A stretch of DNA of 64,000 nucleotides from Chrysomallon squamiferum (lineage: Eukaryota > Animalia > Mollusca), in contig CM022665.1 in the NCBI GenBank assembly GCA_012295275.1, forward strand, positions 21,390,001 to 21,454,000, read 5' to 3'. Within the stretch, counting starts at the first letter, position 1. Every line of letters begins with the position of its first letter. Position numbers and translations under genes: made by a program. This document shows positions 1 to 24,300 of this stretch, piece after piece. Below the pieces are notes generated by a model that had not been told where the DNA came from, searched no databases, and saw nothing but the letters and a program-made list of their open reading frames with translations.

Positions 1-384
1 ATGTCTGAGTATCTTTGTGTGTGCACTCAGGAACATCAGAATTTTAAAATTTTAAATATTTTCAATATTTCTCAGTTCAGTAATGGAAAAACCATTTGGT
101 TTTCAGAACATATTAATAATAAAGAAATTTAACATGGAAAATTATGTTAAAACATACAAATAACATTATAGAACACTCACTGGCATACTATATGTGGCCT
201 GTGGGGCTTTCTAAATGGCATCCTAATTTCATGAGTATATAATATTTATTAGTAGTGTGGCCTGCCTGATGATGTTCTTGTGTAGCCTGCTTTTTGTAAA
301 AAGATATCCATGCCTGTTGTAAAATATGAATATTTCTTTTTTACCGTTTCATATGATATAATAGATATTTTTTAAAAACTGCAG

Positions 385-10363
<9,979 letters not shown>

Positions 10364-10539
10364 CAAAAATCTTTCTTCCAACACAGTTACTGGATGTAGC
10401 CTGAGCAAACCAGGAAAGCTTCCTCCAAACACAGCTACTTTACAAACATAGAGGATATTTCTCAGACATTTCCCAGAGTTCAAAAGGAAAGTACGAATGT
10501 ACAGAGCAAAAGAGTTTGAATTTGCAAATGAATATTTGT

Positions 10540-10930
10540 TTTGTAGCTTCAGAGATTGTCACTAGGTGATAAATGATAGTTTTGTCTTAAAAAGATTGTC
10601 ACTGAGTGAAAAATATTTATTTTTTATTTTTTTGTTGGGCTGCTGGTAACAATAATGATAGTTTTGTGTTTAAAAGTTTGTCTCTTGATGAAAAATGATA
10701 AATTTGCTTCTGTTTCATGTCTTGCCACTTAGTGACAAATGATTTAAGTGAACACGATGACAGTTTCGTGTTAAAAAGATTTTCAAATTATGAAAAATGA
10801 TGATAATTTTGTGTTTGACAATTGTTGCATGATGAATAAGAAAATGTTGTTTGTATTGTCAGTCATATTTGTTTTCTCTGTGAGTCTGTAAACAGGATGA
10901 TAGCTTTGTGATTCAGAATTGTGGCAAGTG
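10540..10930. repeat. Degenerate ~40-bp tandem repeat in the probable MPP8 3' UTR
   Basis: Recurrent GATTGTCAC..GA.AAATGATAGTTTTGTGTT.AAAAG motif. Confidence 0.6.
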
Positions 10931-12581
10931 AAACCATTGGATGTTTTTAACACTGTCATAGTAAACATAAATATTGTAGTGTTTGTTTTGAAGTAACAAA
11001 AGTAATTTTCATTTTAAAATAACAAAAGTAATTTTAGTTTTACAGTAACAGAAGTTGTTTTTGTATCCATTTTTGGCACTGATTGTTATGGGCAGATATA
11101 ACATGAGAAAGGTAAAAAATGGAAGATCTAACAGTATGCAGAGATTCTAAAGTCTCAAACCTGAAAACTGTCACTGGTATCATTTTATTAACAGATCTAA
11201 GAATTATTTTAAAACCCCCAGAATATACCTCAGAAAAACATGAATGGTGTTATTAATTGTGGCAAAGATCATTGGGTACACTATTGGTGTGTAAAGCAAA
11301 CTGAATTCATGTCCAGGACCGGTATTTTCTTTTAATCTTTTGCTTTGGTTTTTATTTTTTGTTTTTTGTTTGTTTATTTATTTATTTGTTACTGTCTTAT
11401 TTATTTAACTGTTTGTTCATTCATTCATTCATTTATTTGTTTATTTATTTATTCATTCATTCATTCTTTCATTCTTTCATTCATTTATTATTTGTTAGTT
11501 TTATTTAGTTATTTATTTATTTATTTATATTCACATGATGATAAAATTTTTTTTTTAAATGTTGTTAGTGTTGTGAGTGAAAAAATGGTGATCCCACAAA
11601 GAAACCCCACAAAACATGAATGACCCATAGAACTCAAATCCCTGATATCTTGCATTATTAACCTGGCAACATATATACCCTCAGGCAGCTAAAACAATGT
11701 GTGACAGCTGAAAATATGTATAAAATCTTATCAACAATTGTGACATTTTTGAATTAACATTTTTATATTTTTCTGCACAAAACAATTTTTTTTTTTTTTT
11801 TTTTTTTTTAAATATCTCTGTCTCCAAGTTTTTATGTTGTTTATAATATTGTGTAATATTAAATTATTTGAAAGTTTGAGCTTCATCTATGACAGAAAAT
11901 CAGCTGGATTTAATCTTGTTAAAACTAAAACATCACCAGGAGTAAATTATATATTATATCATTTTGAAAAATCACTTTATGTCAGTTGTATTCTATTACT
12001 CACGTTTGTATTTAGACAATTCGATTACATACATTTGGAACTGTTAATAAATTGAAAGTTATATTTTGTAAATTGTATTTTGTAACTTATTATTTGTAAA
12101 TTATATTTTTTGAGTTATATTTTGTATGCAACTCCTGTATGACACATTTCTGACAGTCATTAACTGATGACATGCTGTCTCTCAAGTGTATAAGAGTTTA
12201 AAAAACATTTACTCTATCAAACATTTTTGTTACCAATATAAACTGAAATGTTTTTCTATGATTTTTTAATTTTTTATTTTTCATTAATAACAAAAATGTC
12301 GTCACATTTGTAAATTTGAATGTAGTTTATCGGCAATGATATTTTAATTTGTCAAAATATATACTAAAAACAATCCATGTAAGTATGGAGGTATTGTTTT
12401 AATATACCTTCTTGTGTCTGCTATTTTTTATATTTCACTATAATAGTGAGGTATCAAGCAAAATAGATGTTAGTATCTTTCTGTTGTAATAACTGTTACC
12501 GTATATTATTATTATTAGCAGCAGTAGTAGTGGTAGTAGTAGTAATTTTATTATTATTGTTATTATTATTATTATATTCTT

Positions 12582-12612
<31 letters not shown>

Positions 12613-15093
12613 TTATTATTATTTTATTGTTACAGTTTCCTGTCTTCCTTTCATGAGTTATTATCATCTGAATTTTCTGTCTGTCTGTCAGGGTGTTTGT
12701 GTGTATGTAAAATAAAGTTCATATAAAAATTTAAAAAAATACTATATTTACAATTACCTATTACAGAGTAGATATATTTAATTAGTAGAAACTGAGTTAG
12801 TGCTATTGTTGTTGTGTTGAATTAAACCATGAGAAACCAAAAAAAAAAAAAAAAAAGAAAAGAAAAGATTTTAAAAATTGTTAATCTTTTGTTAGTGTTT
12901 GTGAAATAGTATTAAATTAAAGTGTGTATCTGCTGATGTGTACAAAGAAGCCTAAATGTATTTTGTTACTTAAATGTGATGATAATTTGTTTGTTTGTTT
13001 ATTATTTTGTTTTATTATTACTGTTATTATTTTTTTTATGTATTATTTTTTGTTTTGTTTTTGTTCGTTACATATTTATTTTTTATTTATTTATTTATTT
13101 ATTTATTGTTTTGTGTTTGTTACATAAACTTTTTTTTTAATTGTCACATAAATAAAATGTATTTTTTTTATTTTTTTATTTGTTTGTTTTTATTTATTTA
13201 TTTATTTATTTATGTATTTTTTTGTTATTCAAATGTGATTTTATTTTTTTCTCTAGAGGAGCTAGTCTTTGCTACAAATAAAGTATGTCAAGAGATACAC
13301 TGGAAGCCAGTTTTCCTTGTTCGTTGTATAGTTGTCACATTTTTCACAGGTTATAGTATCTTGTTTAAGAATGAGAACAGAAAAAATATCATTTCTGCTA
13401 CTTTTCTGACTTATTGTGATTATCATACTTTATCGTTAGCAAAGGTTGCTCATAGTAAATATAAACATTACATGGAAGTACACAAAATGCATTTAGGATA
13501 TTTGTTTTTATCGGCACATGCACATTTTACTATAAATATAGTTGTATGTTGAAAAATATAAAATTTTGTTTGAAATAGAGTCAGATGAAGTTTGGCATTG
13601 GTTGCCATTAAAACAAATATATATATATATATAAAATGATGTTGGAAAAGACTGGAATCATAGGAAAATTATATTTTTGCATTTGATTCAGAGGTTAAAT
13701 TTCAGCATGTTTCTCTGTACTCTTTTTGAAGTTGAATGATTGAATTAATAAATAAATAAAATGTAATGACTATAAAGCACAAAAAATACATATGTCTTTT
13801 GTAGGTAAAATAAAATAAAGTAAAATATTTATTAGTGAATTACATAAATGAGTAGATTGTATCTTAGTAGATGATAATTATGAGCTGTAATTGAAAAGTG
13901 TTAAGTATTTATTCATCCTTTCATTCATTCATTCTGTATTCATCATAGCAAATTTAAATCAACATATTGTAAAGAAATTTACTTTTTTTCCCCTATGATT
14001 CCAGACATTCTAAATATCTGCTTATTGTTAAAATCATTAATGTTTGTTTGTGCATGACTTGTTAGGTGGGAGATAGAAACAGTGCCAAAATTAAAATGTT
14101 GTGTTTGTAACACTGAAAGGTTATTAATATTTTATTTGTCTTTTAAAAAGATTCCCTGTATAGTTATTCTTAAAGCTTGTCTTAATCATAATAATAATTA
14201 TAAAATTTGTATTATGTTAAATCTAGCATAACTATTATTATTATTATTATCATCATCATCATCACTGCTATTATTATTATTATTATTTCATTTTGTTTTT
14301 GTCACTGTTTTGTTTGGCATAAATGTTGTATTCATGTTAAATGTAACGTGAAAATTTGTGTTTTTATATCTTTTTTGAAAATTTGATATTTGTTTTACAT
14401 TTTTGCACATTGATGTAGATGTTCCAAAATATCAATACACAAGACTGTTATTATTATTTTTACTTTTATTTTTATTATTATTACACTAACCTAGCCACTA
14501 CTAACAGTGTCAGATTATTTGATGTATATTTTTTGCATTTGCATAATAATGAAAACTTTTTTTTATTGTTAATTATTTGTTGTTCATTTTGTTTTACAAT
14601 ATGAAAGCTTTGTTTTTGTATTTTTGTTGAGTTTCTAAATAACTTGTGTTTGCTAACTAAGATTATAAAACTGAAAATTCTTTTTATTAAGAGTTAATAA
14701 TTTGGCTGAATTTTTCATCAGATGATGTTAAAAAAAGGTCAGTTTAAAATAAATAAATAAATAAATAAATAAAATTATAATTAAACATTTGATACCAGTA
14801 CAAATATTAAAAATTATTATTTAAAAGACCAGTTAATTTAGTTACTCAACTAAAAATAGAAATTTATACATTTTTAAAAACTATTTTTGTTGCTTTTTAG
14901 ATTCAGAATTAACTAAATTTAATGTTTTGTTGTTTACTTTCTTTATTTCCTTGAATGGAGTGAAAGAAATGGAAGAAAAGAAAAACTCATTTTTATTATT
15001 CTTAATTATTATTATTTTTTTAAATTACTTATATCATTAAGAGTACTGATCGTTATCGAGAACCAGTAAAATAAACTGAAATATACTGTTAAA

Positions 15094-15420
15094 GCCAGGT
15101 GCAGATCCAGCAAGTTCTGTGTGCAAAGGGTCTGACAGCTGTAGTTTTAACTGTGTATAACTTATTATGATATATATATAAGTTGATAATGTACATGGAT
15201 AACTTGATAAGATGGATAAGTTGATAATATGGATGAGTTGATAATATATGTGGATAACTTGATAAGATATGGATAAGCTGATAATATACATGGATAACTT
15301 GATAAGATGGATAAGTTGATAATACGGATGAGTTGATAACGTATGTGGATAACTTGATAAGATATGGATAAATTGATAAAATACAGGGAGAAATAAGCCA
15401 TCCTCTGATCTGCACCTGGC
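15094..15420. mobile_element. MITE-like element with perfect 14-bp terminal inverted repeats enclosing a minisatellite
   Basis: GCCAGGTGCAGATC (15094-15107) and GATCTGCACCTGGC (15407-15420). The internal 15175-15380 is a GGATAA(C/G)TTGATAA array. TSD not clearly defined. Confidence 0.6.
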
Positions 15421-17739
15421 AAAAACACATAAAATTATCTCAGTGAGATTATTACATGATAAATAAATCATTTCAGTTTGTGACTAGTTTCTACTAAGGG
15501 TACATAAAGGTGTTGGGTTGATCATCACATCATTTAGTTAAGTGTATTTTATATAATTTTATTTTCAGCTTATATGAGGATTTTTCTAACATCTGGCTTA
15601 TGTAAACTGAATTAATTTTAAACAAAACTCAACTTTATGTATCCTTCATAGAAGTCATTTTCTTTAATGAAGAAAGATTCTCAATTTATTTACTTTTTTT
15701 GTTTGGCAATTAATGAGAAACCTTAATTAAGATTTTTTAGACAATTTTTGTTTGTTTGGTTTGTTCTTAAATATTCTGATTATTGAATCATGCAATTTAA
15801 AAATTGGTTAAAAAAAACTAAAATTAATAATCAATCTTCTAAGAAATTAATATATTACTGAATCAAGATTTAAGAATATTTTGTTTATAACATTTTAAAT
15901 ATTTAATATATATATATATATATTTTTTAATAATAATTTATATTTCCATAAAGAAAAGATTTTCTTACTAATACTTTGGAGAATAATTTACAAAGTGAGG
16001 TACTACAAACATTTATTAAAAATACCGGTACGACTGAACTGATTATTGATGTTTGTGTATGTCTTTCATTTTCTTACCATTTTTGCTTTACATTTAATAT
16101 TTATACAAACCTTTCAGTAGGTGTGTGATCCTGTTATGGAGGCAGATTGGATCAGTTTTTGAAAGAAAAAAAAAATTAAGATGTTATTAAACTTACAATA
16201 AATAACATGGATAATGCTTTTTTCATATCATTTGAGAATTCTGAAAAATTGTTTTCATGTCAAAATTTTATACTGAAAAATGGATGTGTATGCATGACAA
16301 TATGTAAGGAGTGAATTATTTATTTATTCATAGCACTTTTTTTTTTTTTTTTTTAAAAAAAACATTAAAAAGAAAATGCCATTGCAGTTACCATTTTGCC
16401 TCCTTTAAAACCGATGAGAGCATCTTTTCTTCATGTTTTTTGTATTTTTTCATTAAAGTTTTTGTTCATGCTTTTTCGACTTTGTTATTTCTATTTATTT
16501 TGAAAACAGATATAAGGTGAGGATCTGTTACCTGAAAAGCTTCAAAATCCAAAAGCTTTACTGGTCAGCAGAAATAATGATATCTTACAGTTTTCAGATA
16601 GTTTTTTTGATAAAACAAGCCCCAAGAAACAACAACTTTATTTTATGGGCAAAATTATTAAAAATATTGTATGAAAAAATCCTGCAGACTATTGTATAAG
16701 CAGTATATGAAATACGTTGTTTACACTTAGATCCTTTACTCAAGCTATCTCCTTTTATTCCCAAAACAGAAAATCTTCTGATGTCAAACATTTTTGGATG
16801 AAGAAAAATATTACTGAAAAACTTCAACAAGCCATATTTTTTTTATTAGAGTCCACCAACTATCTGCCATTTTGGTTTGCCTAATAATGGTTTACAAAAT
16901 GTCTTCCATTTCTTTGTTCTGGCAGTAATGCACTCCCTGTTACTCCACCTTCTAGACAGACCAACATGTTGGCACAGTCTACAAAAAGGCATTCACCATT
17001 ATTCCACCAATGTTTTGAAGAGACTGTCTCATCACTGCTGTAAAACAGAATTAAGTCTGAAAACTGATATTACACAGAGATATCCTCAGTGGTTTTTGTC
17101 AGCAACAAGCTTTACAGCAGATTTAAGTCTGGATCATGTCAATGCTGATTGGTGTCCACATTTGTCAAATTAGAGGAATAAGAGAATAAATAGGTTATCC
17201 CTTTCTGCTGCTTACTCACTAGTTGACATTATTTTATTTCTCTATCCAGATATTTTTTTTATAAAAAACAACCTTTCTGACACATGTACTGATTAGAATA
17301 AATTCACTGGTAAATGAAAAGCAACAAAATAAAATAAAAAATAAAACATTTTACTTACAATGATAATCAACTACAAAGAGATTTAAACTTGTTAAATTGT
17401 ATTCCGACGTTTTTTTGTTTGTTTTTGGGTGGTGGTGGTATTTTTAACATCTGGTTTTCTCTATTACTTAAACATGGCTGTATCCCAAATTAGTTGTTTG
17501 TTTTTTCTGTGTTTTTTTGTTGTAATCTAGATGTCTGCATCACTCAGATGTGGCTGAATTTTAAAGCCGATATGGTGAGGGTTTTCATACAATTTTCAGT
17601 TCAATAAAATTATTTTTGTCACATTTAAAATCAACATTTACAAAAAAATAAAAAAACAACCAAAAATAAACCTAATTATTTATACTAACAAGAAAGTGTA
17701 AGAAAAAAAAAAGGTGATGAATATGAATTCATCAAACAT

Positions 17740-17745
17740 TTTATT
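17740..17745 (-). promoter_or_regulatory. Candidate poly(A) signal of SF3A3
   Basis: AATAAA on the minus strand about 110 nt after the stop codon. Confidence 0.5.
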
Positions 17746-17852
17746 CAAACAATATACAGTAAAGGTTTTCTGTTTGAACTGTAACTTGTCATTGACAACT
17801 GTTGTTTTTATCAAGATGATAAATGAATTTAACATGGACACATTCTGACAAT

Positions 17853-20800
17853 TCAAAGAAGTCCTTGTCTTTTCAGATCTTCATAAGTCTTCTTACTCAC
17901 AACGTTGCCCTGTGAGTCCTCATATTCTTCCTGGAAAACAAACCATTGTAGTTGTTTAAACTTATAAATTAACAGATAATGCAGTAATATTTTGTATTAA
18001 CAGTTATTATGTGTAATTAAGAAGATTTTATAACAATAACTGCAAAACAAGCATTACACTAGTTTAAATCATATTAAATTAAAATGCTAATGAATGTTTG
18101 TTTACAGGTAATATAGTAATATTTTGTATTAGCAGTTATATGGAATTAAACAGATTTTATAATAATAATAATAATATTAGTAATAGTAATGATGATATAA
18201 ACAATAATAATAATAATCATAATAATAATAATAATAATAATGAGAAATTTAATGATAATGCCATCCACACACTGTTAACCAGTAACTAAAGATATTTAAT
18301 ACTTTTCTTCTTTCTGAAGTACTTTTCTGAATACCTGCTTCTTTTCAGAATCTCAAAACAGCATTGCTATATTTGTGTAAATACCCATTTAAAACCCCCC
18401 ACCTCAAAACCAACATAAATATAACTACAGAGAGTAATGATGTCTATTTTTAATAAAAGTTGCAGACAGATGAACAGACACACAGGACAGACACTTACCT
18501 CAGCTTCAGCTCTCCATCGTTCTTGTTCCTTTCCGTGTTTTATTTTCTGCCACACTGCAGAAAATAATAAATTTTACTTCATACTTTAAATAAACGAGCC
18601 CTCTAATACATATATAAATTAGTAAGAAAAGAAAAAAAAAACATATTTTCTCTTTTTTTCTTGAAACACTGCTGTGAGAACTATTAGAATCGTAATTTTT
18701 TTAAAAAGAAAGAAAATCCTAATTACATAGAGTATATTTATGTAAAGACAACAGTGGGTTATACAAAACTAACTATGTAAGAAATGATACGTACAGGCCA
18801 AAGCGTCCTCGATCAGTGTGACGTTAGAAAAATGTGCTGTGTTTGGAATACTTAGACATCTCATTCCATGGGCATGTCGCCATTCCTGAAACAAATTAGT
18901 TAATTCTAACTATTAGGTATTTGTGTGTGTGAAAATATTAACTAATACTGACTGTCACTTTTTTAAAACATTAAATACATTTCTAAAGGTTATCACTGTT
19001 TTTAAACACAAAATACATTTCTAATGACTATCATTGTTTTTAAACACAAAATACATTTCTAATGACGATCATTGTTTTTAAACACAAAATACATTTCTAA
19101 TGACTATCACTGTTTTTAAATACTAAATGCTTTTCTACTGACTATCATTGTTTCTAAATAGTAAATACATTTCAAATAAATGTCTAAACTACAATTCACA
19201 TGAAAAGAGCTGAATGAAAGGACTGAGGAAAGACATCTAAAGCAACAATTTTCTGTGTTCTTATCTTTCTTTACAACTGATACTTTTTTGTACTGGAAAA
19301 TATTTTTAGACTTTCCCAGTAAAAATCCTTGAGTAAGAACAAAATAAAATTCTATGTATCTGTATAAATAACAATAACAATACTTACAGCAAAATGTCTC
19401 TGGAAAGCTTTTGGTCCTCGATAAGTGAAATTTCCACAAATCTCACATGTGTAGCTTATATTTAAACCATGTAGTTTATACAGCCAGTATGGAATAGGCT
19501 AAAATACAAATATTATTGTTTTAAATGGATATATATATATATATATCCTCAGATATGCACTCACACACACATTATTTATGAAGAAATATATATGTACAGC
19601 TGATATGTAAACCATGTAGTTTGTACAACCAAGCTACAGGATTAACAGTGCAAGCAAAGTTTAAGGTTTAAAATATTTTTCATTTTAAGTTGACCTAAAA
19701 CAATGAGATTCACACACTTTCCAAGCTTTTTATTTTCTGTTTTGTGAGTAACTGTCTAAAATATCAATCTAAAAACAGAAAACAAAAAATATATTTTCAA
19801 TATGAATTAGCCCACATAACAACATTTTCTTCATGTGAATAAGTCCACATAATGATGACGTACCTTCCCATCCCACCCAAGAGGGAGATTTTTTGGATTG
19901 TAAGGAATATCATCATCATCATCATCAGAATCATCATCAGACACCTCCTCATCATCAGACTCTTCCCTCTCCTCGCCTGTACGTGCCTGTTTGCGCTGAA
20001 CGTTGTCCCTTGTTGCTGCTCGCTGTTCACTCAACATTTCAGCCAGTCTGTACACCTGAGCCTCCAGTCCAGCTATCTCCTTCTGTCGTTCCAAGTCTCT
20101 GAAAGACAGAGAGAAAAAAAATTGACATAAAGAAATGAGTTGTAATATTTCCTTCTGTCATTCTAAGTATCTGAAAGATATATAAAAAAAAAAATTAATA
20201 TACTAAAAATATCTGTTGCTCTAAGTCTCTGAAAGATAGAGAAAAAATATTTAAAATATTTCCTTCTGTCATTCCTAGCCCCTGAAAGAGTGAGAGAAAA
20301 ATAATATAAAAAATATCTCTTTCTTTTGAAAGATAGAAAGGAAAAAAATACAAAAAATATTTCCTATCATTCCAAGTCTCTGAATGATAGAGAAAAATAA
20401 CAAATTACTTTTGTAATATTTCTTTCTGCTCCTCCAAAATCACTGAAAGATAAAAAAGTAATAATATAAAAAAATATTTCATTCTGTTGTGCCATGTCCC
20501 TGAAAGAAAGAGAAAAAATGAACATAAATTACTTTCCTAATATTTCCTTTTCTCATTCTAAGTCCCTGAGAGAGAGAGAGAGAGACAGCAAGAAAGAAAA
20601 ACTAACTGTTGGAAGATTTCCTTTTGTTCCAAATCCCTGAATTAGAGAGAGAAAAAAAAACAACAACAAAACAACAACATAAAAGATAGTCCCAGAAAAA
20701 AGAGAAAAAATAACATTAAAAAAATTATATTTCTTTCTGCTCCTTCAAAGTCCCTGAAACATAGAAAAATCATAAATTATTGTTCTAATGCTTCATTCTG

Positions 20801-21336
20801 TCATTTCAAAGTCCTTGAAAGAAAAGAGAGAGAAAAAAATGACACAAAAAATATTTCCTTCTGTCATTCAAAGTCCCTGAATGAGAGAAAGTAAAAGTAA
20901 TAAATTATTGTCCTAGTATTTCTTTCTGAAAAAAAGACTGTTGGAATATTTCCTTCTGTCATTCCAAAGCACCTGAAAAACCCCAGAGAAAAACAAGTAA
21001 AACAATACATTTTCTGTTTTCTTCTGTCATTCCAAATCACTGAAAAATGGAGAGAAATAATAAAATAAAAAATAACTGTCATAATGATTTTTGCTGTCAG
21101 TCCAAGTATCTGAGAAAACAAGAGAACGAATGTTTTAGCTAAAAAGAATTAGTCACTTTTGGTATATCCAAATGTTTAAAAAAGTTAAATTGTCTCCCCT
21201 TACACTGTCAAGCAAGAAGTAAGTGAAATGTTAATATATGCCAGTTTAGAAAAATCAATTACATACAGTTTATTATTTAATCAGTAAAAGAGAAAAAAAA
21301 TAAACATAAAAATAAACAACAACAACATCAACAACA

Positions 21337-21395
<59 letters not shown>

Positions 21396-24300
21396 CAAAT
21401 AAATTAAAAAATAAAAGAAGCACAAAAATATTTAATACTGGAATAGAAGTAGTGTATGTAGTATATCAACAGACCTGTGTTTTCCAGGCTTGGAGATACC
21501 AAACAGATACAGTCATGATCAGTACAAGAGAAAAATAAAAATAATAAAGCTCACAAAAGGCTAAAATTAGTTTATGTAGCATTGATGCCTACCTGTTTTT
21601 GCCTTGTTTTCCAGGCTTGGATTTAGCAAACAGAGAAGGGTCCAGATCTTCAAGATTTTTTCCTTTTGTGTCAAACAGTCTCTGAGCCCTCTGCTCCAGA
21701 GTCCTGTAACACATAGATCAAATGAGATACTGTAAAAGCTTGTTTTTTTCAAATATATTTTTTTATATTTGCAGGAAAGAGATGGAAAAAAAACTCTGAG
21801 AAAAATGGGAGCAGGATGAAAAAAGAGCTACAAACTCTGCTCATAAAACATACAGTAAATGAGATATTGAGATTTTTATGTTTGTAGAAAAGATTATCAG
21901 TAACTTGGAGAAAAAGCAATGCTCTCTACTCTAAGATCCACAGAACAAATGAGGAGGATGAGATGCTGATATTTTTTTTATATTTGTTAAAAAGAGATGG
22001 AGGACACCGAGAACAACAGTATGAGAGACAGAAAGAGCAACAGAGTGAGAGAGAGAGAAAGATGAAAGAAAAAGGTGTAAACTTAGTACGGTATAGAAGA
22101 GAGACAGACAGGCAAATAAAAGCTTTAAACAGTATTTCAGATTATGTTTATTTTAATAATTTTCACTATTTATAATTATGTAACTGTGCAGCCATCCATT
22201 TTACACAATAACAATAATCAGTTATCAGACATAGATTATTCTCTTACAAAGTCAAATGTATAGAAATGTTCTTCTTTTTGTACACTTGTTGAACACATGT
22301 CAAGGCCAGCATTGGCTATGAATGATACTATAGATATGTAAACAAACGAGATATAAAAAATGATTTAATTATACTGACCCACCACATTTGAGACCAAGTG
22401 CCATCAATGCTGATTTGAGACGATCTAGTCCAAGAGATGCCAGTTCCTGTCAACAGATTAAAGTACTATTTAGTTAACTGTAGCGTTGTAGTCAAATTAT
22501 AGCTGTAGTATTTTCAGTTTGAAATACATCAAGGAAAATATTTAAAAAAAAATAATAAACCACACAAATTTAAAACAATACAAAATTATTTTAAAATATG
22601 AAGTACAAAAGTCAAAATATTATTCATTATGTAAAAGATTCATGTGCACAAGCAGATATTACTGGATTATTTTTTTTGGTCCAATTACAAAATCATGCAA
22701 CTTATTATCTAATACACATTCATACAAGAAATCTATTATTAGTAGTGTTTGTGTTCATTATATTTGTTTATGAAAACACTAAGTATGCAAACTTTAAAAC
22801 ACTGAATACACCAACCCTGTATCAAGTATTTGGGAAAAAATTAAAAATAAAAATAAAACAAAAATAATTGATAAATAAATTAAAAAAATATATTGATAAA
22901 TAATAAAAATAAACATTTTATTTATTTTTTTTTTTTTGAAATAAATGCAAAAATATTGAAACTAGTGTTGATATAAATAGTAAAAAATTTAATAATAAAT
23001 AATAAATGAAAACAAGTGAAAACTAAAGTAATATATAAATTCTAACACAAACCTCCCATGAAGAAAAAGCTGACAGGTCAAGATGTGCACCAGAATGTGT
23101 CAGAGCACCAGTAGCTTCTTTCTGTAATCAATACAAACTCTCTTACAGAGGACAGTATTTTATTTTATGTTATATTGTATTGTAATTATTACTGTACTGT
23201 TATATTGTATATCATTGTATATTGTATGGCTGTAAGTATTTTATGGTTATACTGCCTTGTATTATTGTATTGTGTTGTATTGTTACACTGTATTGTACTG
23301 TTGTATTGTATTGTTTTACTGTATTGTTATATTGCATTATTACATTGCATTACATTAATAAACTGTGTATGCTCATATTATCCTTTATAATATAAGTTAC
23401 AAATTATGGCATTTATACTATTTTACAAATACCAGGTTCACGTAACAAATTGTTGCAACATTAAACAAAACAACAAATGCAGCTTTTTTACAGTCAATAA
23501 ACATCCTGTTCATAAGAACTGCTGTAGAAGTTTATCACAGTATTTATGTTGTACTAGTTTTAAAATCTTAAACATTGTGGGAAGGATGTGAAAGTTTCAG
23601 GTACAATTATAGCAAAATTATCGTAAATAATTACAAACCGGCCACCCAGGAAAAGTTCCCTCAGTCCACATCTTCTCAAATTCCTGATGCACATTGTCCA
23701 TCTCCTGAAAACATCAGAAAATACTTCAGATTTTGAAGTTATTTGTAAATAAAAAAATAAAATGAAATCTGTTGAACTGTTATTGAAAGTTGTCAGTAAA
23801 ATTGGGAATTCTGAAGAGGAAATCATTATGAAATTAAAAAAAAAAAAAAAATAAATAAAATGAAATAATGAAAATATGGCAGAAAAAAAAATAAAATAAT
23901 AATAATAATTATAATATAGTATCTGTATGTGTTTTCTCTCTTTTTGTCTTTCAGTTTCTTTATGTTTCTCTCATATGGTCTTTGTAAAGATGCATGTGTA
24001 AATCTGTCATCTGACAGTTTGTAGAACAAATACATACGAAGTTAACAACATTTAAAAAAAATATAACCAAAAATACCCAGTAGAATATAACATGATATAC
24101 TCACATCATTCAAGTCAAGAAGAGGTTTTACTCTGTTCGTGTAGTCTGCTAAATAATCCAGTAAAAACAGAAGATAACTGAAAAAAAAAATAATAATAAA
24201 AAATAATAATAATAATAATAAATAAAAAATAAAATAAAGTATTTTTATAATATGCAAATATAAGTGAAAAAAAAAAAAAAAAAGAAAAAAAAATAACAAT

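Noticed and set aside
11000-17700. Possible extra gene between MPP8 and SF3A3 (e.g. ORF 16877-17173)
   Set aside because: No recognisable domain or coherent exon chain; likely UTR or intergenic
20078-21125. CRISPR-like repeat/spacer appearance (also 25870-27090 and 54050-54475)
   Set aside because: Eukaryotic context, degenerate units, inter-repeat segments homologous to each other, no cas genes
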